Shown here one piece after another: positions 38,001-52,490 of a DNA stretch of 64,000 nt. The DNA comes from the human T2T-CHM13v2.0 reference genome, Homo sapiens. The stretch is taken from the NCBI RefSeq assembly GCF_009914755.1, contig NC_060938.1; one strand, given 5' to 3'. Within the stretch, counting starts at the first letter, position 1; each line of letters starts with the position of its first letter. Below the pieces are notes generated by a model. That model saw nothing but the letters and a program-made list of their open reading frames with translations, did not search any database and was not told the origin of the DNA. The position numbers and the translations under genes were made by a program.

Positions 38001-41000
38001 TGGACCTTTTGCAGAACCTTCTCCGGTTCTGGATTCCACTCAAAAATGGCAGCCTTTTGAATCACTAGATAAAGGGGCTGGAGTAGCCCACCCAAATGAG
38101 GAATGTGTTGCCTCCAAAATCCAAATAGACCCACTAGGCGTTGTGCCTCTTTCTTGGTTGTAGGAGGGGCCAAATGCAGCAACTTATCCTTTACCTTAGA
38201 AAGAATATCTCTACAGGCCCCACACCACTGGACCCCTAGAAATTTTACTAAGGTAGAAGGTCCCTGAATTTTAGTCGGACTTATTTCCCATCCTCTGACA
38301 CACAAATGTCTCACCAATAAGTCCAGTGTGTTTGCTACTTCTTGCTCACTGGATCCAATCAGCATAATGTCATCAGTGTAATGGACCAGTGTGATATCTT
38401 GCAGAAGCAAAAAGCAATCAAGGTTGCTCCGAATAAGATTATGACACAAAGCCAGAGAGTTGATATACCCCTGAAGTAGGACAGTAAATGTATATTGCTG
38501 GTCTTGCCAGCTGAAAGCAAATTGCTTCTGGTGAGCCTTATGGACAGGAATGGAGAAAAAGGCATTTGCCAAGTCAGTGGTTGCATACCAGGTACCAGGA
38601 AATGTGTTAATTTGGTCAAGCAATGAAACCACATCTGGTACAGCAGATGCATTTGGAGTGACCACTTGGTTAAGCTTATGATAATCCACTGTCATTCTTC
38701 AAGATCCGTCTGTCTTCTACACAGACCAAATGGGAGAGTTGAATGGGGATGTGGTGGGAATCACCACCCCTGCATCTTTCAAGCCCTTGATGGTGGCACT
38801 AATCTCTGCAATCCCTCCAGGGATGTGATATTGTCTTGATTTACTATTTTTCTAGGTAGAGCCAGCTCTAATGGATTCTATTTGGCTTTTCCCACCATAA
38901 TAGCCCTCACCCTACCAGGCAGGGAGCCAATGTGGGGGTTCTGCCAGCTAATAAGTATGTCTATACCAATTGTGCATTCTGGCACTGGGGAAATGACCAC
39001 AGGATGAGTCTGGGGACCCACTGGACCCACTATACGTTGGACCTGAGATAAAACTCGATTAATTATCTGACCTCTATAAGTCCCTACTTTAACTGGAGGA
39101 CCACAATGACATTTTGGGTCCCCTGGAATCAACATCAGCTCAGAGCCAGTGTCAAGTAGTCCCCAAAATGTCTGATTATTGCCCTTTCTCCAATGCACAG
39201 CTACCCTGGTAAAAGGTTGGAGGTCTCCTTAGGGAAGGATGGGAGAAAGATTCACTGCATAAACTGTCCATAATGTAGTGGGGTCCTAACCTCAAGGGGA
39301 CCCAGCCTCCCCTTCATTCAAGGAGTACTGGGTCTGTAAACTGGCTCAAGTCTGGAAATTGATTGAGGGGCCATGATTCTCCGTTTTTATAATTCAAATT
39401 AGCCTTTTGTCCATTCAACCTAGAAGTTTTCTGCTTGTATGAATTAAGTAGGAATGCAGTAGGCTTCCTACCAATTTCACTTCTAGGAACACCATGATTA
39501 ATTAGCCAATGCCAGAGCTCTACACAAGTCAGATTATTCTGATTGCTGCTTTGTCTCTACTGTCCATTACAATAGCTACATCCACTTTGCCTTTGATGGT
39601 TGAGTGCTGCCACTTGGCCCCTGCCACCTTGGGATCCCATTATTCCCATTGTACTTAAATTTTATAGTTGAGTGACTGTGGTTCTCACTGTTAGATCTGA
39701 CATATAAAGAAGAGCAATTATAGGGCTCTTCAAAGATGCAGGTGCTGCCCTCACACATCTATTTTGCAAGGCATTGGTCAAGGGTATATCTTCTGGACCC
39801 TCCCAGCTGGGATAAGTAGGTCTGAAGTAACTAATCCACTCCACCATCCCAATCTCCCTAAGCCTTTGGATCCCTTCCTCTACATTAAGCCAAGGAAGAT
39901 CAGGCATTTCTAGCTCGCTCACAGTGTGCCATCTTTTAATCTATATTTCAGCTAACCAAGCAAATAAACTATTAGAACATTTTTTTAGCTCCCAGAGCTG
40001 CAACATTAAATGCAGAGTTCCTACTTAGTGGGCCCAGATCAATAAATTGAGCCTGATCCAACTCTGTTCCTTCCACCATTAACTCATACCATTAATGTTC
40101 ATTCCCATGCCTGTTCTCCAGATTGCTGTTTATATAAATTAAAGAACTCAAACAGTTCTTTTTGAATGTAGCGCACCTCCTCATGAGTCACACTCTCAAC
40201 CTCACCTCTAGGGGCCTGCTAGGACTTTAGTTATAGGTCTAGAAGCAAACAGGGGTGTTGGGGGTAGCTCCTGAGGAGAATCAACGTTATTTTTCCTGGC
40301 AATTGCCTCAGGGGAGGCCATCGCTGTTGCCTCAGGCAGCATAGGGTTTATCTCCTCAGACAAAGGTGGAAAGACTAATGGCAGCATGGGTCGAGGCGGG
40401 GATGTGGCCACTACTGGGAATGGGGAAGCTGTTCCTTCTGGCAAAGAAGTTTCATCACAGTTTACAAACTCAGCGTCCCCAGCTTCATCAGGGTCCTCCA
40501 ACACATCCCCATTCCAAATTTCAGGGTCCCATTCTTTTCCAGTCAATGCCCTCACTTTAACAGTAGACACCTGGTGAGGCTGTGCATGCACCTTTCACTG
40601 CAGGTCAGCCACTCGTATAATATGAGCTTGTGTCTGTTTTTCCACAATTTCAGCTCTTTCTCTATAGGAGATGAGACTCACTGAGGGCAATCTTAGCAGA
40701 TTTGAGGCTCAATATCTGCTTTTGAGGCCAGGAGACAGAATCCCTGAATTCATCATTTTCTTTCATTACTTTCCCCACTGAACTTAGGAGGAACAAATCA
40801 GCTTCATTATGTTCCTTGATTCTCCACATATGGTCAAAGGTATGATGTACAGAGTCACTAAACTCCTTACCTCTCATGAGCTGTGAATCAGGAGTGGCAA
40901 ATGCATTAATTTTGCATAACTCTCTAAACAGTTCATGTCAAGAGCTATCACTGTTCTTCACACTATTAGAATTAGAGTCCTTAGCATTTTTGGTTATAAT

Positions 41001-41521
41001 CATATTAAGCAGCTAACTCTAGAAACCCTAAAAGCAATGAAAGAACTTCATCCTTAATATTATGTTCCTCTAGAATCACTCCTGGTACCAAAATCTGTAT
41101 TAGTCAGGGTTCTCTAGAGGGACAGAACTAATAGGATATATACAAAGGAGAGTTTATTATCTTACATGATCACAACGTCCCACAATAGGCTGTCTGCAAG
41201 CTTGAGGAGCAAGGACAGTCAGTCTGAGTCTCAAAACTGAAGAACTTGGAGTCCGATGTTTGAGGGCAGGAAGCATCCAGCACTGAAGAAAGATGTAGGC
41301 TGGGAGGCTAGACCAGTCTCACCTCTTCACGTTTTTCTGCCTGCTTTATATTTGCTGGCAGCTGATTAGACTGTGCTCACCAGATTAAGGGTGGGTCTCC
41401 CTTCCCCAGCCCACTGACTGGAATGTTAATCTCCTTTGGTAACACCCTCACAGACACACCCAGGAACAATACTTTGCATCTGTCAATCCAGTCAAGTTGA
41501 CACTCAGTATTAACCATCACA
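35075..41521 (-). mobile_element. Full-length HERV-L provirus with MLT2A1 LTRs (5' LTR 41096-41521; 3' LTR 35075-35511)
   Basis: Paired TG...CA LTRs and a perfect TSD TACTA (35070-35074 / 41522-41526). PBS TGGTACCAGGAGTG at 41090-41077; PPT just before the 3' LTR. Broken gag, protease (LLDTGS), RT (YTDD), RNase H, integrase and dUTPase; no env. Confidence 0.95.
37625..38695 (-). pseudogene. HERV-L pol RT fragment (356-aa open stretch)
   Basis: Motifs MTVDYHKLNQ, DLANAFFSIP, QGYINS and LVHYTDDIML; flanking pol segments are frameshifted or stopped. Confidence 0.9.
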
Positions 41522-42533
41522 TACTACAATATTTGACCACCTCACTCTCAAGAAATGTTCCTTCTAATTAATAAATCATCCATGTCCTTTTGCCCTGCCT
41601 CCTTCAGAAGTAGATATTAGCTTTGTTTTTGCCCTTTCCAATAGGCCTCCATATTCTAAGTGATTTCATATCACTGTTACATTCCATAGGCTGAATTACG
41701 CTCCTTCATTTAGCCTCTTTCTTACAAGACCAATTTCTGGCATTAAAATCATGTTTCTAGTATTCCTCTAATATCCCACTATAGTTGTGAAACTGAGGAA
41801 TGGTCCCAAGATTTGAATTAACTGATTTTTTTCAAGACATGAGTATAACAGAGAGACTAAGATATATGTTGAATGAGGTGGATGTGTTGTGTGATTTAAG
41901 ATTAATATTGGATCTTTAACTTAAAGAACAATTAGGTTAATTTCATCAAAATCCTTCTATTATGAGTGGTTATATATTCCAGATGCATTCCTAGCAAGCC
42001 CATGAAGTTGCTTTTAGTCATCCAAACTCTCAAGAAATTATTAAATAATATCATCTGTGACTTCTATATTTAGAATTTAATCTATAAGGTTATGTAACAA
42101 ATTGAAACAAATGTTTCCTAAGTGAGAGTAAACAAGACTTTTGCGTAAGAACAAATGCAGGGGACACCATGATCTCTAGCCTATTTACAAAAGTTATAAA
42201 AATTACAGATACTTTCACATGCCTGGCAGATTTTATACCAACTGACTGACTACTGTAAAACAGCAACTGCATTACTCCATCCTACGACAGCCAATAGAGG
42301 TGAGGCTGTCCATCCCAACCCATTTCTCCTTCTTAAGTAACAATAAAAGATAAGAGTCCAAAATCAGAACCTGTTTTACTCAAGCCAGTTGATGTAGTCA
42401 TAACTAACAATGACACAAGAGACCTGGGAGCTCACGTTAGAAAGGATGCATTTTCAATTGCCTGTAAAACTTTTTCAACATATCATCGTCAAAAAGATTT
42501 CATTCTTTCTACTTTATGTACACTATTTTTGGC

Positions 42534-42748
42534 CAGGTTTCTCTAACTAAGCACTATTGACATATTGGGTTGGATAATTCGAGGCTGTCTTGTACATTGT
42601 AGAATGTCTAGTAGCATCCCTGGTCTGTCTTCACTAGAGGCCAGTAGCACCACCCCATCCCCGACCCAGTTACGACAATCAAAAATGTCTTCAATATTGT
42701 CAGATGTCCCCTGGCAAACAAAATTATCCCTGTCATTTAGAACGCATA
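42534..42748 (-). mobile_element. MER20 (hAT-Charlie)
   Basis: GCACTATTGACAT..GGATAATTC..AGCATCCCTGG..CAAAAATGTC..ATGTCCCCTGG. Confidence 0.8.
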
Positions 42749-44461
42749 TTAATACTAATCAGTACAACAAATTGGCTGAAATGGGATAAGTTAAGAAAAA
42801 AAAAAGCAGAGGACTAAACTCTCTTTTACATTGGTCTTGCTTTAAAGAAAATAATAAAGTTGTAAAGCAGGCCAACAAGGACACCCCTTCACATGAAAGA
42901 CAGGCTTTTTTAAAAGAATAATTGGGAGTTTATTTTCAATCAGCCAATTTTGTGGCCAAAGGATAGCCTGTTCATCTTTTACATCCCTTCAACCCTTCTC
43001 ACTGTGGGTTTCTGGTGATGAGAATTTTAAAGCCAATCTGTGATTTACATAGATTACCATGATGCCCAGGACAGGGAGGCATTCACAGAAGTTCTATTCA
43101 TATATGTATCTAGAGCACACAGAGGCAATGTTTCTGTATTAGACACAAGCAATTTCATTAATTTAAGTGGCCAACAGGCAGAGTTTTAATTCCCTGGATG
43201 ATCTAGGAGTGGAGGTAAGGAGAAAAGGACTTAAAAGAGGCCAACTGAGATGCCTTTCCCCTGTTTTCACCCCAAAAGAGAAATCTCTGTTCTTTCTACA
43301 GCGATGAAACTCAGTGATATTGGTCATGGGGCTCCCCATTGCAATAAGATATCATAACCTTTAAGAGAAATGGAAAGTTAGGAAGCAGATTTCCAGGCCT
43401 TTGTTTTCAAAATAATTTTTAAAACTATATAAGCACCCAAATTTTAAAAAAATTATTCATCAGTAGCATAAATTTCTGTGAATCTTTGTAGAAATGACAA
43501 CCATTCTAGTTGCTGGGACTCTATGAAGTGTCCACTTGCACTGTGATTTTTCTTCAAATGATGTAAATGCTTGATATTTTTAATAATATCAGGGGTTACA
43601 TGATACTCTCTAGATGTCTATTCCATTTATTTTATGGTCAAAAAATTACAACCCTGCTTTCAGATCTAAATAATTCTCATAACTCCCAGAAACACATTAC
43701 AGTCTTTCCACCTGTTACCAAGTGAGAGCAAAGCTTAACAACTGGCTTTCATTTCTGGTACATTCAGCCAGCAATTCATTTCTGCCCATCCCACAAAGAA
43801 AATGCATGTGCAAAAAAAAATATGGGCATGTGTTCATGATTATTCTTTTCAATCAGACATCATCATACCGGCAATATTGGAACCTTCCTGTTCCTGGCAT
43901 CACAACCACTCCCTTCCAAAGCAAAGGACATGAACCCTGCCTGAACTCCTGTACCAGCAAGTCAAGGGCTTCTACTGAGGATCTTTTTCAGAGTCATGCA
44001 AAATTGAGTTCAAGAAGTGTAGACTGAAAGTAGACAGGGCCTGTTCTTTTTGCCAGAGATAGGCACTCCTGCCCCTCCTTCTGATTAAGGGTTTTGTTCT
44101 TTTGATGGAGGGAGTTTCAGTGGATGAGGAAAGCTACCCTTGAATTATCATCTCTTAAGTGGAAGCTGACAGTGCTAATAGTTCAAGCACAGGTTGATTG
44201 ATGAGACTGTCCCAGACTTAGAGGCAGGCAATCTTTGTCATTGCAAGGCTCAGGCAAGCAGTTTCACCTGCCACAATGCTAGTATCACTCCTCCTCTTCC
44301 CATCCTGCTCAAAAGTAAGTGAGGAGCACTACTCTTACTGAGCACAAAAATCTCAGGCACTCTGAGTTTTGTTGACTTCACAGATCTGAGGACTTTGGTT
44401 GACAAATTGGGATTCCTCTACCAATGATTCTTAGTGAATAAGGTAGGATATGGAAGAACAT

Positions 44462-45368
44462 GGGGGAAAAATCCAGGTTTTTTGAGGCCTGAAGCTTCTA
44501 TAATTTGGGGGCCCTCTTTAAGAAAAAAGGTATTACACATTTATAAATACAAAAATTAGGTAAAAAGTCTATAGTTATTCAGAACGTGAAAAAAGCTTGC
44601 AACAAATTACAAATTTTAAAATCCTGAGAAGTACCACAAACATCACAAAGCCCAGAAAAAAATTGCACAATATTTTAAAATTCATTACCTATACATTTCT
44701 TACATTCTGTGACTGTATTTTCTCCAATCACCTCTTCATAATACAATAATATTGTCATGTAATCTTCTATAGAAAGAGCAAAAAGATAATAGTCTTTTCT
44801 GTAAATCTGCAAATAGGAATAATGTTCCTTCTTATTGGCTGTTTAGAAGATTTTATTTCAACTTTACAACCCATTAAAGGCAATGTAAAATTTTATTATG
44901 GGTGGTACATTTTCTTTCATATGAGAGCTGTAAGTCTGGATTTTCAAGTAATGAGCTTCTGCTTTAATACATTTTTAACCTTATTTTTCCTCCACAACCA
45001 CATTTCTTAGTCCTCTTGTTCTGTACCATGCTGTCACAATACCAGGCGATTTCTCACAGAAGACGGTATGCCTAGAAGTATCCCCATGCTCGGACAGATA
45101 GCAACATATTCGCTATGACTGCAAATCACACATATACCATTAAATCTAAACTAAATGTATTTCTACTAAAATTGCTGCTCTTCAACTCCACCGAACACAA
45201 AAAGTATGAAGGTGCAAAAGTCAGGATGTAAAAAGACAGTTGTTTCAATCAGTTGTGGTTAAAATGCCTCACTTTTCTAAATTTTGCAAAAATATATGAC
45301 TATGTAAATACATTAAAAGTGAAGGGCTTGAAGATTAGCTTCATTAGCATCAGCATAAATCCGCCATA
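44462..45368. mobile_element. Zaphod/MER115-like hAT-Tip100 DNA transposon remnant
   Basis: Termini ATCCAGGTTTT..GGCCTGAAGCTT..GGGGCCCTCTTTAAGAAA and AGCTTCATTAGC..TAAATCCGCC. Confidence 0.55.
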
Positions 45369-45893
45369 GGGAAAACAGAAAAGGCTGTGCACCCTGTTCA
45401 ACACTCTCATCTCTCTCTGATTTTCCCCAAACTTCCCAACTTGTTTTACCACAAAGTCACTGGCAAGAAAGTTACTTATGTAGACTCTGCCAGGAAAATT
45501 TTTAACACTAGAATGACTATATTAATTGTCAAAGGAAGACACCATGAGGATTTAGGCCCACACTCAACAAATACACAGGATCTTGGGAAAATCAATGACA
45601 CAGATACAGAGCATTTGGAGAAATAAATACACAAAGACAGCTTAATTCTGTACATATTCATGTCAATGCACGTATTATGTATTTGTTAGACCAAGCATTG
45701 TGTATTAGTCCCTTTTCATGCTGCGGATAAAGACATACCCAAGACTGGGTAATTTATAAAGAAAAAGAGGTTTCATGGACTCACAGTTCCACTTGGCTGG
45801 GGAGGCCTCATAATCATGGTGGAAGGCAAAAGGCACAACTTACATGCAGGGACGCAAGAGAGAATGAGAGCCAAGTGAAACAGTAAACCCATT

Positions 45894-46246
45894 TGATAGG
45901 TTTGGCTGTGTCCCCACCCAAATCTCATCTTGAATTCCCATGTGTTGTGGAAGGGAACTGGTCGGTGGTAATTGCATCATGGGACAAGTCTTTCCCATGC
46001 TGTTCTCATGATAATGAATAAATCTCACGACATCTGATGATTTAAAAAGAGGAATTCCCCTGCACAAGTTCTCTCTTTTTGCCTACTGCCATCCATGTAA
46101 GATGTGACTTGCTCCTCCTCGACTTTCACCATAATCGTGAGACCTCTCCAGGCATGTGGAACCGTAAGTCCAATAAACCTCTTTCTTTTGTGAATTGCCT
46201 AGTCTCAGGTATGTCTTTATCAGGAGTGTGAAAACAGACTAATACA
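45894..46246 (+). mobile_element. THE1 solo LTR nested in the opposite orientation inside the host 3' LTR
   Basis: TGATAGGTTTGGCTGTGTCCCCACCC...GACTAATACA; degraded TSD ccatt / ctctt. Confidence 0.88.
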
Positions 46247-47089
46247 CTCTTATAAAACCATCAGATCTCATGAGACTTATTCACTACCATGAGAACAGTA
46301 TGGGGGAAACTGCCCCCATGATTCAATTATCTCCCACCAGTTCCTTCCCATGACACATGGGGATTATGGGAGCTACAATTTAAGGTGACATTTGGGTGGG
46401 GATACAGCCAAACCATATCATTCCATCCCTGGCCCCTCACAAATCTCATGTCCTCACATTTCAAAACCAGTCATGCACTCCCAACAGTCCCCCAAGTCTT
46501 AACTCATTTCAGCATGACCTAAAAAGTCCACATTCCAAAATATCATCTGAGACAAGGCAAGTCCCTTCTGCCTATCAGTCTGTAAAATCAAAAGCAAGTT
46601 AGTTACTTCCTAGATACAATGGGGGTACAGGCATTGGATAAAAACACCCATTCCAAATGGAAGAAATTGGCCAAAATGAAGGGGTTAAAGGCCCCATGCA
46701 AGTCTGAAATCCAGTGGGGCAGTCAAATATTAAAGCTCCAGAATGTTCTCCTTTGACTCCATGTCTCATATCCAGGTCATGCTGATGCCAGAGGTGGGTT
46801 CCCATGGTCTTGAGCAGCTCCACCCTGTAGCTTTGCAGGGTATAGCCTTTATCCTGGCTGTTTTCATGGGCTGGTGTTGAATGTCTGCAGTTTTTCCAGG
46901 TGCACCATGCAAGCTGTCAGTGGATCTACCATTCTGGGGTCTGGAGAATAGTGGCCCTCTTCTCACAGCTCCACTAGTCAGTTCCCCATTGGGGACACAG
47001 TGTGGGAGCTTCAACCCCATGTTTCCCTCAGGTTCTCCCTGAGGCCTCTGCCCCTGCAGTAGACTTCTGCCTGGACATACATCCTCTGA

Positions 47090-47419
<330 letters not shown>

Positions 47420-50194
47420 TTCCCAAACCTCAATTCTTGACTTCTGTGTAACCTCAGGTTCAACATCACATGAAAGCTGCCAAGGCTTGGGCTTGCATCC
47501 TCTGAAGTCACAGCCCAAGCTATACTTTATCCCTTTTGAGCCATGGTTAGAGTATCCGGGATGCAGGTCACCAAGTCCCTATGCAGCACACAGCATGAGA
47601 ACCCTGGGCCCAGCACATGAAACCATTTTTTCCTCCTGGGCCTCTGGGCCTGTGATGGGAGGAGCTACCGTGAAAACCTCTGATATGCCCTGGAGACATT
47701 TTTCCCCATTTTCGTGGTGATTAACATTTGACTCCTTGTTACTTATGCAACTTTCTGTAGCTGACTTGAATTTCTCCTCAGAATGGGTTTTTCTTTTCTA
47801 TCATATCATCAGGCTGCAAATCTTCCAAACTTTTAGGCTCTGTTTCCCTTTTAAAACTGAATGCTTTTATTAGCACCCAAGTCACCTCTTGAATACTTTG
47901 CTGCTTAGAAATTTCTTCTGCCAGATACCCTAAATCTTCTTCCTCAAGTTCAAAATTTCACAAATCTCTAGGGCAGGAGCAAAATGTGGCCAGTCTCTTT
48001 GTTAAAACATAGCAAGAGCTACTTTTACTCCAGTTCCCAACAAGTTCCTTATCTCCATCTGAGACAACCTTAGCCTGGATTTCATTGTCCATATTATGAT
48101 CAGCACTTTAATCAAAGCCAATCAACAAGTCTCTAAGAAGTTCCAAAGTTTCCCACATTTTCCTGTCTTCTTCTGAGCCCTCTAAACTGTTCCAACCTCT
48201 GCCTGTTACCCAGTTCCAATGTCGCTACCACATTTTCAGGTATCTTTACAGCAGTGCCCCACTCTATCAGTACCAGCTTATTGTATTAGTTTGTTTTCAT
48301 GCTGTTGATAAAGACATACTCAAGACTGGGTAATTTATTTAAAAAAAAAAAGGTTTAATGGACTCACAGTTCCATGTGGTTGGGGAGGCCTCACAATCAT
48401 GTCAAAAGGTGAAATGCATGTCCTACATGGCAGCAGGCAAGAGAGAATAAGAGCCAAGTGAAAGGGGAAGCCCCTTATAAAACCATCAGATAGATCTTGT
48501 GAGACTTATGTACTACCACTAAAAAAGTATGAGGGAAATCACCCCCCCATGATTCAATTATCTCCCACTGGGTCCCTCCCACAACACATGGGTTATAAGA
48601 GCTACAATTCAAGATAAGATTTGGGTGGGGACACAGCCAAACCATATCACATTGTACTTGGCATTAGAGATATGCAGTCTGGACTTTGCCCTCTGTAGAG
48701 TCCTCATCTTAAGGATAATGTGTTAACTCAAATTCTCACATGAGAAAGAAATATGTTTTTACTTAAAAATGCATGAAATCATGAAAAAAAAACCCTCCAA
48801 GAAAAGACAGGTGAATATTTAACTGATCTGTTTTGGAGGAAAGATAATTACAGCATATAACACAAGAAACCACAAAGGAAAATCTATAGGTTTAAGTATA
48901 TTACGATTAAGCTCATATCTACACACAAACTATTATCAACTACATTGAAAATCAAAAAGTGAGCTGGGGAAAATCTCTAACACATTTACTGCAGATGGAG
49001 GGTAAATATAATTTTTATATAGAGTTATTTGAATTAGCAAAGAAAAGATCTAGTAATCCAATAGAAAAGTAGACAAGAGACAGGAATAGATAATTCACCA
49101 AAGAAATATATTACCAAAACATATGAACACAAATTTTTAAATATGAATTAAATCAATGAGATTATTTTTCACTTACAAAATTACTAAAATTGTTTGTTTT
49201 AAAGGCAGAGTTTAGTCCTGGTGAAAGCACATTAAGAGCAATTCCACCATATTGTTAGTGGGAGTTTCAATTGGTATAAATATTGCAGTAGGTTGAATAA
49301 CAGCCCCCAAAGATGGCCAGGTCAAAAGTGTTAATATCTATGAACAAATACTTCTACTTTTAAAATTATCCTAGGAAATAATTAGAGATGTAAAAAAGTG
49401 TAGGGGAAATGTTGTTTATAGTACTATACTTGTAGTAGCAAAATAATGGATGCAAACTACATGTCCAACAATAAACAATAATACAGTAACTTATAGTCTA
49501 CACATATAAAGAAATAATTTGCAGTCATAGATTTTTTGAATAATGTTCAATGTCATAAAACAATGCCTAAGGTATAATATAAAGATGTTTTAAAGTAGGA
49601 CATAAGAACATTTACATATGGACAATGTTACATAATCAAGTTCCTCACAATGTGCTTATGTTAATGAAAATGTTAGAAAAAACCATCAATGTGCAACAAC
49701 AAATAAATTCTATAACATCACATGACTGCATACTGGGAAGCTACACCAGGGATTACAATTTGCTTGTCTAATATATTCTACTTTACCCTTAACAACATAA
49801 CCCCAATTCTTTTTGAAGCTACTTCCCAGATAACAGTACATTTCCCCACTTCCTTTAACAGCTAGATGATCATGAGACTACGTTTCGGTTAATAGAAAAA
49901 AAAAAAAGCAAAATTTCTTGAGTGGAACTTCAGAGAACACCCCTCTAAAAGACAGAAAACTGGTAGATTTTCTTTTTCTCATTCTTTTATTTGTGCTTCA
50001 AATATGGATAGAGTTCTGACAGCCACTTCAGACCCTGTGACAACTTGAGAATGGAAACCACATGCTAAGCCTCGTAGAGAAGAAATATAAAAATGTCCTA
50101 GGTCCATAATGACCACAGAAATGCTAAGCATGCATTGAATGGGTTATTTCTAGACTTCTTTAATGTGAAAAAAATACAAGTCTCTCTTACTTAA

Positions 50195-50585
<391 letters not shown>

Positions 50586-51182
50586 TTAGTAATATTTGCA
50601 AAATAGGTAATTCAAGCAAATCTTCCCACTGAAAACAAATAGAAAAGTTAGACAAAATAATTTTTACAAGATAACTTGAAGCTATGAGAAAAAAGGAGGC
50701 TGTAAAAAAATTATAAACCAAAAATGTAGGAGAAAAGGGCAGAGAGAGACAAATCTAGCATTTGGGGCAACTTCAAATGTAAGAGGGTGCATAGATCCTG
50801 GAAGAGTAGCTAAGCAGCTCAGAACCTAAGAAGTGCTTTTGAACAACTTGTAAGGTAGAAAGACAAAACTTGAAATCCAAGATTCCAGTGCTTTATATTA
50901 GGAACCCAAAAAGCTGTACCTTAAGAACAAAGATAACTCAGTAATATACCAACCCTCAAAAAATGAAGAAAGTTCAATAATCTCAAGCCCTGAAATTAGA
51001 TTAAGTTTATCCCAATTGTTTGTGCTCCCAGCCACTTGTCAGATGCAAAAGTAAAGCTTCACTGAAGAAAAATAACATTATCTTAGTTTATTATCTCTAG
51101 AATTGTTTATATACAATATCTTGTGCTCAACCAAAAATAAACAGACACAAAACAGAGACAAAAATTGTGACAAGACAGACAG

Positions 51183-51252
51183 CAAAAGAGAGAGAGAGAG
51201 GAGAGAGAGAGGGAAAGGGAGGAGAAGAGAAAGAGAGAAAGAAAGAGAGAAA
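51183..51252. repeat. GA-rich polypurine tract
   Basis: About 70 nt of almost exclusively A/G. Confidence 0.8.
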
Positions 51253-51539
51253 TTAGTTAATAGAAACAAAGCAATCAAATATCAAGATAATAAAGTTATC
51301 AAAACTAAATGTTGAATCAGCTAACTAGATAGTGGACTTGTTGAAAACTATGCCAAATATTTTCAAGGAAATATATCAAGATTGGAAATATTTTCCTAAA
51401 AAACTCTCAGGAATCACAAAAGAAGTGAATCAGATCAAAATTCCAAAATCAAAAATACAATAATCAAAATTAAGAATCCAATGGATAAATTTAAGAACAA
51501 ATTTGTATTAATCTAAATACTATATTCAGATTAAGTTAC

Positions 51540-52490
51540 AATTGTGAAATAATAAAAAATATATATAATGGTCTCTGTCCAAAGTACTTGGCACAGAGTT
51601 CCTAAAACTCTTATAATGTCCTAAGCAATAGGAGTGCTAGAATTATTTCTTCTAATGTGTGGTCTCTGTTCTGGTTCCTGAGAGATAGCTCCTGATACCC
51701 TTGTAGACCAGGGTGCTAGGAGAATCTTCTGTTATAACATTTGGCCTTTGCCCCTTGGTTCCCAACACAGCGCTCCTTCCAATCCCTTGGAATATCCTGG
51801 GTGATAGGAGAATCTTTTCTTCTAATGAAGCAATTCTTGGTGGGCTTCTGGATAGCCTCAGGATAGGGGCTGGTTGCCAGGGGCAACTCACCATGTGATT
51901 AAAAGCTTGGAACATTCAGACCCACCCCTAACCTCTGGAGAGGAAAAAGGGGCTAAAGGTTGAGTTTATCACTAATGCCCAGTGATGTAATCAACCATCC
52001 ATATGTAATGAAGCCTTCATCAAAACCTAAAGTAACTTGCTTCAGATGAGCTTTGAAACAGTGGAACACATGGAAGTTCCTGGGGGATGGGTATTCAGAG
52101 AGGGTATAGGAACTCCACACTCCTTCTCATGTGCCTTGCCCTATGCACCTCTTCCATCTGGCTGTTCATCTTTGTAATATCCTTTATAATAAACTGGTTT
52201 AAATGTAAATAAAGTGTTTCCCAGAGAAGGAGGTCATGGGAACCCCCAATTTATAGCTGGTCATCAGATGCCCAGGTTACAACCTACTATTTGCAACTAG
52301 CACCTGCAGCGGGGGAGGTCTTGTGGGATTGAGTCCTCAACCTATGGGATCTGATGCTATCTACAGGTAGATAGTGTAAGAATTGAGTTGAATAAGAGTA
52401 TACCAGCTATTGTCTGCTGAAGAATCTACTACAGAATCAATTGGTTGCTGGTAGGGAGAAATCCCCACAAATTTTGGTGACCAGAGGCCA
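51540..52490 (+). mobile_element. MER21-like LTR
   Basis: TGGCACAGAGTTCCTAAAAC.., GATAGCCTCAGGATAGGGGCTGGT.., AATAAAGTGTTTCCC; boundaries approximate. Confidence 0.65.

Noticed and set aside
35800-41000. Intact or domesticated HERV-L gag/pol gene
   Set aside because: Multiple stops, frameshifts and deletions (for example near 36080); RT motif altered to YTDD.
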